NCBI GenBank assembly: GCA_010909165.1
Contig: MU008174.1
Location: forward strand, 496,001 to 560,000
Direction of reading: 5' to 3'
Source of the DNA: Anthoceros angustus
Taxonomy: Eukaryota; Plantae; Anthocerotophyta
DNA length: 64,000 nucleotides
Below are positions 11,601 through 22,724 of this stretch, in pieces. Position 1 is the first letter of the stretch; every line of letters starts with the position of its first letter. Position numbers and translations under genes: made by a program. Under the pieces are notes generated by a model. It saw only the letters and a list, made by a program, of their open reading frames with translations. It had not been told where the DNA came from and did no database searches.

Positions 11601-12399
11601 TCCTGTTCCCATGGAAGGAGCTTCTCCTCGTGCTTTGATCAACCCTTCGCTCTCAACCATGATGCAGCACATCATTGCACCACGGGCGTGGGCAGCAACA
11701 ATGTTTGTCAAGTGCACGATACAGGCGAGATATCGTGGAAGCAATGGCCACATGGAGTGAACACCATCTCGTTCTGCGTACCACCCATGACACACATTAC
11801 ACTTTAGGACACACGGCTTGCGGCTTTGAAGGAAAACCAGCGGTTGCGTGAGAAAGGATCACCTTGGCCTTGGCACCACATGACTAGGTGGTGCCAAGGC
11901 CTCTATCCGCCACCCCACCACTACATCACCAAGTCCAGAACCCATCCACGAAACCATGACATCACCAAGGCCACCACCGCCACCAACCTACCACTACATC
12001 ACGAATGCCACCATGCCCACCGACCTACCCCTACTCGAGAACCATAACGCACACAAGCCATGCACTACATCACCAAGGCCACCAAAAGCTCACGGACACC
12101 CGGGATGAACACACAGACCAATTCCTCACCATCCGTCAAGTGATCACCCACCCTTCCACCGGAGAACATGAGTCACCACCCCTTGAGCACCCCTACCACC
12201 ACCTCACCATCCCGTGAACGTCACGGGGAGCACCCAGCCACCCTGCAGCACATCACCATAAGGAAAACATCACGGACACCTCGTCCGTGTGCAAGAAGAA
12301 TCCACTTACACAGACAAAACACTACATGCACGGGGCATGACTTGGCGGGAGGCGAGCCGACACCCACGGGTGATCCATGTTACATGCCCAGGTGAAGCA

Positions 12400-13373
12400 G
12401 CGGAGAACATCCTCATGTTTTCAAGAGAAGCTGTGTCCGGAGCTTGTTCCTCAGTTTTTCTCCTTCAAGCGGTCGAAACACCCTCGGAATATTTAGTTTT
12501 GTCAAGCAATTTGAATCTTGTCAGTCTCGCGAATACTCTCGTCAAGCCCTCCACTATTCATGACCATGTCGGCTGGACCTTGGTGTTGCCCAAATCCAAG
12601 AGTGCCTCCTCCCCATCTTTTGACAAAACAGCCTCCTCCGCACAAGCTTCCAACTCTGCAATTTTTCCACAGACCTCATCCATGACAACCTTGGTGCCCA
12701 TGGCTCAAGACACGAGCCCGGCCAGTGTCACTTTTCGCCGCCACCGCAATCGATTGGAGACTCCTCGTCTCCCTTCTTGCCTCCTCTTCTACATTCTTTG
12801 CAGGAGGTCATCCTTCTTCATGGCCTTCATGCTTCCCTCTTCCCAACTCGAGAGCTCCAGATTCTTTGGGAGGATCGCCTCGTCGTGTCTCGCTCACTTT
12901 GGCAGAGTGGAACACTCTTCCACATCAACCTCCGCTCTGCATCATCACCGCCACCACAACAGTTGTGAAGAATCGTTGTATTCTCTGCGGATGGGACTTC
13001 CACACTGTGATTTCTTCTCCATCGCATCGCCTTATCCCTTCCTCTTCTCAGCTAAATAGTACTCAAACCAATTCACACGCTTGCCAAGCTTCTTCTCGAT
13101 TAGGAACCCAAGTGCCACAAACCGTGGCACCCTTTACAACTGTGGAGAGCCCATACGACTTCTCAACAAGACTATCAACATCGTCCACTCTATGTCGAAG
13201 AGGTCGATCCCCAAGAGGTATCCATCGTTCCCATTAGTGACATCCCCAAAATGCCTCTTGATCTCATCTTCACCTCCAATAGCCTCCTTTAGTCCAACTG
13301 TAGTTGACATCTCACATTCACACCGTAGTTGACAATTCCATATCACCGTAGTGCCAACACCAATGCTCCCCAC
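12400..13373 (-). pseudogene. Degenerate retroelement accessory-type ORF (non-gag/pol)
   Basis: Protein-like frames broken by stops: EDEIKRHFGDVTNGNDGYLL...VPRFVALGFLIEKKLGKRVNW and EVCGKIAELEACAEEAVLSKDGEEALLDL. Recalled resemblance to extra ORFs of bryophyte Gypsy elements, unverified. Confidence 0.35.
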
Positions 13374-13639
13374 AATTTTTCAGAATGTCGTGTCCTTGCG
13401 AGCCGCAGACACCTTTGCGCTCTATCCAACCTAGCCTTGGCGCCTAGCGTTCCTCCATCTTGCTTGCACAGAGGCGCTTGACACACCACCGGAAGTATCG
13501 GCCGCTCCACGCCACTGCGAGCCTTCACCCTACTCGTTGCTAGTGACATGGTGTCCTTCACCTCCCGGCTTTGTGCCTTGTCAGACCCACTCCCGTTTGG
13601 CACCACAGGCCTCTCGTTCGAAGGCGGTGCCCGCGGTGG

Positions 13640-14035
13640 CGAACCCAAACGCCTTCCGCACAAACCACACCGTGCACCGCACCAGCTCCCAAATCCGGTA
13701 GAAAAGTTACGACTCCAAGCGGGTTCTGCGCCGATCACCGTCACACCTACTATTCCGCACGAGAAAGCTCTAGCGAAGACATATAGGGACTCACCAGGAA
13801 AACCTCTGGTGGTGTGCCTCGGAGTTCGCCGCCCGCCGCACCACAACGCTCCACGTTCCACGAAAAGGCTGCCGCACGGACGGACCAAACGCCCTCTGCA
13901 CAAAGCCACCGCCCCTGCACTGCAGCTACCAAATCCGGCCGTAGAAACGGTTCCGACCCAAGCGACCTGCGCACAATCACCCACACCACCTATTGCCCGC
14001 GACATAGCTCTAGCAAAACCCATGTAGGGACTCCA
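13640..14035. repeat. Diverged direct repeat pair (~13640-13795 and ~13900-14035)
   Basis: Shared blocks CAGCT.CCAAATCCGG, AGCTCTAGC and TAGGGACTC at roughly 240-260 bp spacing. Confidence 0.6.
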
Positions 14036-14499
14036 CATGGTGACAATCCTCACTGCCGTCAAGGTTGAGCTCGCGATTCGGCGTGATGCATGCACAAATC
14101 CAATGCTTGTGAGTCTCAACATTAGAGCACGCTGATGGAAGTGGATAACCTCATTATCACCCTTAAAAGTCAACGAGCATCCTCGTTTCCGCCTCGCTTC
14201 CGTCGGTTACGAGTTTGTATAATAAATTGTCCCTAGCATATATAGCAAGACTTAAACCAATAATATATCAAATAAATCAATTTTCCAAATAAAAAATTAA
14301 ATATATCTATGAAGTTAAAACGAATAGCCCTAAAAATATCGGTCAAAATGGGCATAATTTCAATTGTTAAGAAATCGAGCGTAATGCAAAACACCACTTA
14401 GAGACGCCGTCTGCTTCAAATTAGTGGTCACCTAACCATGCTCACACCCAGTGGCGCTACCAAACAAGACTTCACGCAGCACGACCCAAGCCTTCTTGT

Positions 14500-14838
14500 A
14501 GAACATCTTGAGCAGATTTGGGAGTTGCGCCGAGTGTCTCACCGACCAAAGCTTCGAATTCCGGGGAGGGTTTCTAAGATCTTTTGGATGCAACCCTCAT
14601 TGATCATCGTCGGACCAGCCGGGATCACCCACAGGCTGATGGGTTGGCGGAGCGGATGGTTCAGACCATGAAGAAGGAGCTGAGGAAACTTTGCTTGCAG
14701 CTGCCTAAGACAGAGTGGGACTTGTCACTCCTTTACATGGCCATGGGGTACCGCATGAGCAAGCATGCGGCGCTAGCTCACTTTAGCCCTTATTTCCTGC
14801 TGTCCGGGAGGGAGCCTGTCAAGAGGCTCCATTTTTAG
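14500..14838 (+). mobile_element. Ty3/Gypsy integrase catalytic-core fragment
   Basis: VLTDQSFEFRGEF, then IDHRRTSRDHPQADGLAERMVQTMKKELRK...WDLSL...MGYRMSKHAAL..FSPYFLLSGREP. Confidence 0.85.
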
Positions 14839-14946
14839 CTGAATCGCTAACATCTTTTGCAACCAATCGTGTAGCACAGACAGCCTGGTTAAAGGGCATG
14901 TGTACAGGTTTGGAGGGTGCTGGTAAGCCTTGAGCAATGCAGGCCA

Positions 14947-15193
14947 AGGACTCTATGAGTCCCAAACCAAAGCATACTCGTGACTCTGGGAGTCCCGGTA
15001 CTCGGGACTCTAACACTCCCAGCAGCCTGCATGCCCACATTCAGGACTCCGGCAGTCATGGCGAGAAGAACACCTGGGACTCGATCAGTCCCAGCAAGGT
15101 GAGTATTTGGGATTCTAGCAGTCCCGATGTTGCCGACACCCAGGACTCGTCCAGTCCCGGCACTTTGAGGCAATCAGGACTCTTTGCAGTCCC
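14947..15193. repeat. Array of 8 palindromic motifs (R)GGACTC-N4/5-AGTCCC with unique spacers, period mostly 33 bp
   Basis: GACTC cores at 14949, 14982, 15006, 15045, 15078, 15111 (GATTC), 15144 and 15178; spacings 33, 24, 39, 33, 33, 33, 34. Confidence 0.85.
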
Positions 15194-15387
15194 AACCTTC
15201 TTTGCATCTCGTATGACAGCTGTCGTGAAACGACAGCTAAGGTGTGGTGAAGCCGCATGAGCTAGGTGGACTTGCTTTGACCCGGCGTCCCGGGACTCTT
15301 ATAGCCGAGTATTCAGCTGCGATGGGGTGTTCGCCTTGCAAGAGGGTCTGTTTTTTTTAATCGTTGTTTAATTTGTTATCTCGCCAT

Positions 15388-16141
15388 TACACAAAACCTA
15401 CAAGGCGAGTTCATTATCTGGCGAAGGCGGGCGGGCGAGTTACATAAGCGGGCGAGGCGAGTTGCATGGCGGGCGGGCGAGTTACATAAGCGGCGGGCGG
15501 GGTTACATAAGCGGCGGGCGGGGTACATAAGCGGCGGCGGGGTGCATAAGCGGCGGCGGTGCATAAGCGGCGGCGAGTTGCATGGCGGCGGGGTGCATAA
15601 GCGGCGGTGCATAAGCGGCGGCGGTGCATAAGCGGCGGCGGTACATAAGCGGCGGCGGTGCATAAGCGGCGGTACATAAGCGGCGAGGCGAGGAGTTACG
15701 CCGGCGAGGCGAGTTGCATAGCGAGGCGGCGGCGGCGCGGTGCATAGGCGAGCGAGGCGGGCGGAGTTGCATGGCGAGGCAGGTTGCATAAGCGAGGCGA
15801 GGCGGGGTTGCATAGAACGGGCGAGTTGCATAGGCGAGGGCAAGGGCGAGTTGCATAGGCGAGGGCCAGGGCGAGTTGCATAGGCGAGGACGAGGGCAAG
15901 TTGCATAGGCGAGGGCGAGTTGCATAGGCGAGGGTGAGGACGAGTTGCATAGGCGAGGGTGAGGGCGAGTTGCATAGGCGAGGGTGAGGGCGAGTTGCAT
16001 AGGCGAGGGCGAGGGCGAGTTGCATTGGCGAGGGCGAGTTGCATAGGCGAGGGCGAGGGCGAGTTGCATACCACAAAACCTGCAAACCGAGGAGAGGCGA
16101 GGGCAGGCGAGGCGAGGCCTCGGTTTGTAGGTTTTGTGGTA
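15388..16141. mobile_element. TA-flanked TIR element (MITE-like) filled with a GC-rich minisatellite
   Basis: A 24-bp inverted repeat TACCACAAAACCT(G/A)CAAACCGAGG lies at 16069-16092 and 16118-16141 (23/24 match). A partial direct copy TACACAAAACCTACAA is at 15388-15403. All three ends carry an outer TA. Confidence 0.55.
15420..16070. repeat. Degenerate minisatellite, units of about 14-27 bp around (T/G)(G/A)CATA(A/G)G plus GGC/GGCGAG
   Basis: Dozens of units such as GGTGCATAAGCGGCGGC (left) and GAGTTGCATAGGCGAGGGC (right). Confidence 0.95.
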
Positions 16142-16884
16142 CTACGTGAGATAACAAATTAAACAATGATTAAACAAAAAGAAGACTCTCTTTCTCTCTC
16201 TAAACCGTCACGACGATTGCGCGCCATTTTCTCACCGATGGAGAACTTCAGGGCCCGGCTTCTGCCTGTCCGATTATGGCTGCCGCTGTGCATGAGCCTG
16301 AGCTGCGGATGGCCGTGTCCACGCGTCCCCCGAGCTCTACAGCGCGCGCCGAGCTCCCGCCTTTTGCATGGCGCTGAGATAGCCGACAAGCAGCCTTCCC
16401 GGAAATTGTTCCGACGAAGTAAGAAGCATTGTGAGGAGGAACGGGCGGAGAGGCTTCCGATCGTGAAACCGCACAAACTGAACTGCAGCCTGAAGCACGA
16501 TTGAAGACAATGAGCTTACGATCGATGTGAGCTCGTTCAGCTGCTCCCTGCTTAGATTTTGCTTGCATCATGCTTGATCTGGTTTCTAACAGTCGAGGAC
16601 GGCGCGGTGGCTGGTGAACTGAATTGCATGCTGGATTGGATTTGTGTTAGTGATTTTCTGGCTTGCCTGGGCCTCCATTGCAAATGCAGAATAAATTTTG
16701 TTCTCAAGCCTCGGAATGATTTGGACGGGTCGGGTAAAGCTGAAAGGTAGCCATTCTGATGGCCTCTGTTTAGGTAGCCTAACTGGTGCCGGCAAGCTCG
16801 GGCCAGAGCTGCGGAATTTAGATCCGGAGCCGGCAAGCTCTGTTTTCAAGGCAACTCTGGATGAAGCTGACTGTTGTAGGGTAA

Positions 16885-19800
16885 TTGGAATGCAGTGGGA
16901 GTGGGAATGTGGCAATGCGGGACGGGACTGTGGAGCAGCACGGGCCGGCGGATGTGGATGTGGATATTGATGTAGATACCCCAGGGTTGAAGAGTGGCGA
17001 GGAGCAGGAGGTGGTGAAGGATGGACCGCCGAGGAAAGATGGCGCCGGGGCGGCAGCAGATGGTGCAGGTTCGGCCGGGGAGGGTGGTGTTGTGAAGGAG
17101 AAGTTGGAGGAGGCTGATTCTGAGCCGCCTAGGCTTGCGGTTGTTACAGCTTGCGAGGATGGCGCTGTGAAAGTGTCCATTGAGATTATGCCCAAGTTGG
17201 CAGATATGGAGGTGCCTGGGCAGAGTGAGGCGGCGGACCTTCCTGCGGTTGTGCCACCGGTTTGTGGAAGCCCGGATAGAAGCCGTGAGCAAGCATGTGG
17301 AAGCAGTGACAAGGGGGTGGCCGAGGAAGGTCCTGTTTTGGCCTCAGGGGACGGGGGAGGTGAGGAATGTGGTGGGGGCCTGGTAGAGCAAGTGACGAGC
17401 GTGGATGGTGTTGCAGGTCCGGCTCCTGCGAAAGCAAGTACCAGTGGGGAGGAAGAACTGCACGCCGTGCATATTCTTGTGTCTGACGGAGTACAGGGGT
17501 TAAAGGACGAGTTGCAAAAGGCCAATTCTTCTTCAGCTGAAGCTGAAGTGGATCTGTCCAATCCCGCTATAGATGGCAAGGAGGAGGAGTGCAAGGGCGG
17601 GGAGGCCACTCCCCCACTTTTGCTCAAGCCTGAAGTAGCTGCCATGAGTGACTCTGACTCGGATCATGCACCTATAACTCTGCGAAGGACCTTGAAGCGC
17701 ACAGCAAATAGAGCTGTCCTAGTTTTGCAGTCTGATGATGAGGAGAAGACATCATCAGATCAGGATGGATCGGAACATTCTTCAGAGACAGTCAGGTACT
17801 TTGAGCATGAAGCTGAGGAGCTGACTGGGAACTTCGATTCTGAAGCTGAGGAGGTGACTAGGTACATCGATTCTGAAGCTGAAGAGAGTGACCCGCATTT
17901 TGGCGATGACGATGAATTTCCCAGTGACTGTGATAAGCTGCGTGACACGGATTCAGAGGATGAAGGTGTTGATCTTATGGACGACTTTATAGATGATGAG
18001 GCGGAGGAGAGCCTTGGAGATTCTGATAGTGAGGAAGAGCCCTCAGAAGATTTTGACAGAGAGACGGATAGATCTTCCCAAGACGAAGAGGATGCATCAG
18101 ACACAGATACCCTGTATGAGGATTCTGCTGAAGTGCAGACATCGATAGAAATGGAAGATGATCAAAGGGATGTAGAAGCGGCGTTGCAACCAGTTGAAGC
18201 TGCAACAGTCAGGGGTGATAGACTGGATAATTTGAAAGCTCGGGAGCAGACTGTATTCCCTGAGGCACCGATGGAGGATTCTTTTTCCATGGAGCAGGAC
18301 GTGCAAGCTATCTTTGACCATGAGAAACGACTTCACCTGTTGATCAGTCGTCTTTTGAGCTCTAAAGCAATTACTGCTGATGAGGCTGACATTTTGAGAA
18401 ATTACTCTCGTCCCAGAATGGTGGATGCAAGTGTAGAGACAGACTTCCCGCAGACACGGCCAGACAGCATCGGCGGACCCACTGTTCCAAATGGGGCAGG
18501 AGTAGAGGAGGACGGTAAAAAGGGTCCTGGAGTGAACAGTGAGCACGTCACTATTATACAGACTGTGCAACCTGAAGCGGAACAGGATGTAGTTGATTTT
18601 GCGCAGAAACAGGGTGAAATTGGTGGGACAGTGGACAAGAAAAGGAGGACGAAAGTGAAGGACGAACAGGAGGCTATGCTTCCTCCTCCAGTCCCTGTTG
18701 AGGAGATACTAGAACCAAAGGATCTTGCAGAATTCTTCAAGAAGAAGAAGCGGATGAGGAGAGCTCATATAGTAGAATCTGAATCGGATGACAATGAGAT
18801 CTGTCGGGGTGCTGATGAGTGTGACACCTCACAACCAGCTGAGGAAAAAGCTTTAGCAACAGACCGTCTCAGCAAGAGGAAGAAAGGTAAAAGAACTGGA
18901 GCTCAGAGAAAGCCGTTGGAACCCAGTATGTACTGCGATTTAGCATCTGATGATGAGGCAGGACGAGCAGATGGAGGGAGGAATGAAATGGACCCTGAGT
19001 TAGCGGTGATGGAGGGAGAAGTGCAGGCTAAGAGAGACGACAGGGATGGTGAGAGTGACGAAAGGGGTGATGAGAATGATGAAAGGGGTGGTGAAAGTGA
19101 TGAAAGGGGTGGCGAGAGTGATGAGAAGGTTGTGGAGAAAGATGAGATCGGAACTTCAGGGAGAAAAAAGAAGAGGAAAGTAAATGTAAAGCAGTACGAT
19201 GGTGCAGTTCCTTCAGACGTTGAGGCGTTGGTCTCTGAAAAGGTGACCAAGATCAAGTGCGATATTGGAAAGATGCTAAGGAGGAGTAGGGAACTGGACC
19301 AGGAGGGACAACCAAGCGAGGTCGAAATCAATGCAGACTCTGAAAAGACATCACCCCAGAAGTATGCAAGTAACGGACAGGCAGCAGTTGGTGAAACAGC
19401 TACAGTTGGAGGTGAGCTAAGTACAGGGAAGCTGCGCAAGAGGAAGCGGAAAGAGAAGTCCGATAATTGTGATGGTGAGGGCTTAGCAGCCTTCCTTCAT
19501 GGAAAGCCTAAGAGAAAACATGTGAAACGGAACAAGCTTGTGAGCGAACACCCGGGCGACCCTGCCAACTTAGATGTAGGCATGGAGGAAGTGCACGCTG
19601 ACTCTGTGTCCGGATTAGAGAAGGTTGACTTGCTGAACAGGGCCCAGGAATTTTCAAACGATGCCCCCAGAGGGGAAAGGAAGGACCGCCCGAAGAAAAA
19701 GAAGCCAACAGGTCTGGATGGATCTGCAGAACTGGGAATACAGGATGAAGGATTTGTTGTCTCAGGCCTCAAGATGAGTGTGGGAAACCATCAGGAACCA

Positions 19801-20523
19801 GAACATCTGGTTCAAATGGAACCGTCTGCCGTAGACCTTGAATCGGAGTTGCCGCTTGAGATCAGCTCTAAGAAGCAACAAGCTGATGATGAAGTAGGGG
19901 CTAGTTCTTTTGTTAAGAAGCAGAGAGGAAAGAAAACGAAGTCTCGGAAGGCTAAGGTTTCTTTCTCGTACCAAGTGTCACGGGTTGTCTCTGTCGTCGC
20001 TGAGCACACGGAGCGGGATGATGCGGTCCTGGGTGCCAATCATCCGCATAGCCCAAGTGAGCCCGAATCTGCAACTAGAGACAAGATACCGTCTTCCAAA
20101 AATGCGAAGAAATTCAAGAACGGTGTACAGGAATCCGCGCGTGCACGACCCGACGATGAGAAGGGGAACGAGATGGTCGAGAAGGAGGAGATGACATTGG
20201 ACAGCATCTGGAGAAGTTATATGAGCCCGGAGTGGCCCGAACATGCGCTTCCAGTTTCCCGCCCGGAGAAACTGCATGGAAACAGAAGAACTACGGTGAC
20301 GGACACTCGGGCTGAGGTGCCCCAACCTCAGCGCGTCGTCATCCCTTACTCCCCAGTCAAGATGAAAAAGAGAAAAGCGCCCTGTAAGAATAAACACGGC
20401 GGGATCCGGAGCAGTGTGTCCAACATTGGATTATCTACTCGGGAGGACGACGTCGATTCTGGTGACGATCGGCAGACGGTTGGAAAGAAGAGGAAGAAAA
20501 GGAAGAAGGCGAGGACAATTTAG
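16885..20523 (+). CDS. Intronless 1212-aa acidic/Lys-Arg-rich, largely disordered hypothetical protein, probably nuclear
   Basis: 3.6-kb uninterrupted ORF with D/E tracts, many basic clusters (KKKKRMRR, RKKKRK, KKRKKRKK) and repeated F/Y-x-D/E-x-EAEE motifs. The exact start codon is uncertain. Confidence 0.8.
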   Translation: MECSGSGNVAMRDGTVEQHGPADVDVDIDVDTPGLKSGEEQEVVKDGPPRKDGAGAAADGAGSAGEGGVVKEKLEEADSEPPRLAVVTACEDGAVKVSIEIMPKLADMEVPGQSEAADLPAVVPPVCGSPDRSREQACGSSDKGVAEEGPVLASGDGGGEECGGGLVEQVTSVDGVAGPAPAKASTSGEEELHAVHILVSDGVQGLKDELQKANSSSAEAEVDLSNPAIDGKEEECKGGEATPPLLLKPEVAAMSDSDSDHAPITLRRTLKRTANRAVLVLQSDDEEKTSSDQDGSEHSSETVRYFEHEAEELTGNFDSEAEEVTRYIDSEAEESDPHFGDDDEFPSDCDKLRDTDSEDEGVDLMDDFIDDEAEESLGDSDSEEEPSEDFDRETDRSSQDEEDASDTDTLYEDSAEVQTSIEMEDDQRDVEAALQPVEAATVRGDRLDNLKAREQTVFPEAPMEDSFSMEQDVQAIFDHEKRLHLLISRLLSSKAITADEADILRNYSRPRMVDASVETDFPQTRPDSIGGPTVPNGAGVEEDGKKGPGVNSEHVTIIQTVQPEAEQDVVDFAQKQGEIGGTVDKKRRTKVKDEQEAMLPPPVPVEEILEPKDLAEFFKKKKRMRRAHIVESESDDNEICRGADECDTSQPAEEKALATDRLSKRKKGKRTGAQRKPLEPSMYCDLASDDEAGRADGGRNEMDPELAVMEGEVQAKRDDRDGESDERGDENDERGGESDERGGESDEKVVEKDEIGTSGRKKKRKVNVKQYDGAVPSDVEALVSEKVTKIKCDIGKMLRRSRELDQEGQPSEVEINADSEKTSPQKYASNGQAAVGETATVGGELSTGKLRKRKRKEKSDNCDGEGLAAFLHGKPKRKHVKRNKLVSEHPGDPANLDVGMEEVHADSVSGLEKVDLLNRAQEFSNDAPRGERKDRPKKKKPTGLDGSAELGIQDEGFVVSGLKMSVGNHQEPEHLVQMEPSAVDLESELPLEISSKKQQADDEVGASSFVKKQRGKKTKSRKAKVSFSYQVSRVVSVVAEHTERDDAVLGANHPHSPSEPESATRDKIPSSKNAKKFKNGVQESARARPDDEKGNEMVEKEEMTLDSIWRSYMSPEWPEHALPVSRPEKLHGNRRTTVTDTRAEVPQPQRVVIPYSPVKMKKRKAPCKNKHGGIRSSVSNIGLSTREDDVDSGDDRQTVGKKRKKRKKARTI

Positions 20524-21021
20524 CCGATTCTTCACCGCCTACATAGGCTTGCCACATGTTTTGAAACTTTTGTAGTTTCTAGACTTTTCGGGCCCATGGC
20601 ACGTAGATTGCGCATTTTGCTCTTGACTGCGGGCAACTGTGAAGATATGTACCGAGAAACGAAGGTTATAGTGTACATGTAAGTATGCGGATCCTTACCA
20701 AAGTTGACGGCTTTCGCTGAATTCACTGAATGACCTGAGTCGGCTGAGCTGCAGCCCAGCTCGTTCCGACGCGGGTGTTTCGGATTGCCGCATTCCCTTT
20801 TGCACCAGCTCCGCCTTTCGACTTACTGTGTAAGTGTGAGTGCGGGCTGAAGAGCCGTTAGGTCTGAAGATCCTTGCTTGCGGGAAGGGCTCTCCAGCCT
20901 GCGCTCTTGGAAGAGCGAGAATGGAGGCTTTGCGCATAGCAGGGGACTGATCTGCCGCTGTTTTTCAGCCTTCTGAAAGAGTTTGCAACAATCGACATCG
21001 GAGCTGTATGATTTGCGGGAG

Positions 21022-22724
21022 ATGATGAGGGTTCAGGCGTTTGCCAAGCTGTTTGCCGCGGCACTGTTGCTGCTGCTGCTTGGTCCTGTGAACGCAGCTT
21101 ATGATGATTTGCCTGGATGGAAGGGGGAAACGTGAGTATCGTTTCTGGGATTATGGTCGTGACGAATCGCACCGCGTGTTCTGTGAATTGTGCTTCTCCT
21201 TTCCCGCACGAACAGGACGTTGGTTACTCGTTGCTTAATTGGAGCTTCCTTTGCCTCTGTGGCAGGCACAAAGTTGGCCTCAAGCTGCCCACTGACCGGA
21301 AAGAAGTGCCTCGCATCGACGCTTCTAAGATCACTCAGCTCTCGTGGAAACCTCGGTAAGGCCTTGCGACTTGGGGTAAGATTTTCATTTATGGGGGTTT
21401 CATCTGTCTCTGACTATTGTTTGCGTTTGTTTTCTTCAGTGTTGTGCTTTCTGACTGACTTCTGAGGACAAAAATCTGTGATGGAGCAGGGCATTTGTTT
21501 ATAAAAACTTCCTAACCGATGAGGAGTGTGACCACTTGGTTAACCTGGTAGGAACTTGCTATACCTGATTGTGCGACCTGATTCATGCTGAGTGTCATCT
21601 CTGACTGCCTGGTTATGGCAGGCTAAAGACAAACTACAGAAGTCCATGGTGGCTGACAATGAGTCTGGAAAAAGTTTGTTGAGTGACATTCGGACAAGCT
21701 CTGGGATGTTCTTAAGTAAGGGCCAGGTGAGTGACTCAAAATTTTGAGTTGCCAGCGTTGGGTACGTCTGCGGGACTTCTAAGGTAGTGATATGAAGTAC
21801 ATGCTATCTGGTTTCTTCCAGGACAAGGTTGTGGCCAGGATTGAGGAGAGGATAGCAGCTTGGACGTTCTTACCTATAGGTAAGGAATGTGAGACAATCA
21901 GACATCTGGGACTGGACCCCATTACTGTGAACCGGAAATGTTGGGAGTTGTCCATTTGAGCCCTTGAATGGTATAAACCTCTAACGCCTTGGCCGTGCAG
22001 AAAATGGGGAGGCGATCCAAGTGCTGAAGTATGATCTTGGAGAGAAGTACGAGCCCCACTATGACTATTTCCATGACAAGAATAACCAAGCCCTTGGAGG
22101 TCATCGTGTTGCAACTGTGCTGATGTACTTGTCCAATGTGACAAAAGGTGGAGAGACAGTTTTCCCCAATTCTGAGGTAGGTAGTGTGTTTTTGGGTTCA
22201 GTTTTCGAGGTCTGCACTTTGTGGCCTGGCATTGTGTGGTTTCAATTTTGCTCACATACACCTCGGAACTAATTCATCTGTACAGGAGGATACTGAGGTG
22301 AAGGATGACACATGGTCAGAGTGCGGAAAGCGAGGAAAAGCTGGTACAGAAAAAAATCTTCTGGAGTTGCACATGTGATTGATCGCTTCTGTGTGCTCAC
22401 CAACGTCGATGTGTGTTCTCTGTGGCAGTTAAACCGTTCAAAGGCGACGCCCTGCTGTTTTTCAGCCTATTCCCAGATGCTAACCCCGATGAATCTAGCC
22501 TTCATTGTGGATGTCCTGTCATTGAGGGTGAGAAGTGGTCTGCCACAAAATGGATCCATGTTGCCTCTTTCGACAAACCAAAACCGAAGGATGGAGTCTG
22601 CGAGGACGAAAATGAGAAATGTGGGGAGTGGGCAGCTTATGGAGAATGCAGAAATAACCCAACCTACATGGTGGGCACTCAGGAGTGGCCAGGGTCATGC
22701 CGAAAGAGCTGCAAGGCATGTTGA
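21022..22724 (+). CDS. P4H: Secreted prolyl 4-hydroxylase (2OG-Fe(II) dioxygenase) with C-terminal ShK-type Cys domain; 8 exons, 316 aa
   Basis: Exons 21022-21131, 21266-21355, 21490-21547, 21622-21726, 21822-21879, 22001-22176, 22286-22343 and 22429-22724 splice in frame with GT-AG borders. Features: signal peptide MMRVQAF...VNA, QLSWKPRAFVY, HYDYFHD (HxD), SLHCGCPVIEGEKWSATKWIH, and the C-terminal CEDENEKCGEWAAYGEC...CRKSCKAC. Confidence 0.97.

Noticed and set aside
14947-15193. CRISPR array call for the palindromic repeat-spacer cluster
   Set aside because: Repeats of only ~17 bp and degenerate, spacers 7-22 nt, no cas genes, eukaryotic context; kept as an unexplained array.
15218-15265. 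Helitron 3' end (hairpin plus CTAG)
   Set aside because: CTAG lies ~24 nt past the hairpin, farther than typical, and no 5' TC end or Rep/Hel sequence was seen.
15376-16166. Overlapping 150-230 aa ORFs (LCNSPSPSPMQLALA...)
   Set aside because: Translations of a minisatellite open in several frames.
17760-19974. Ser/Phe-rich minus-strand ORFs
   Set aside because: Antisense shadows of the acidic/basic 1212-aa ORF.
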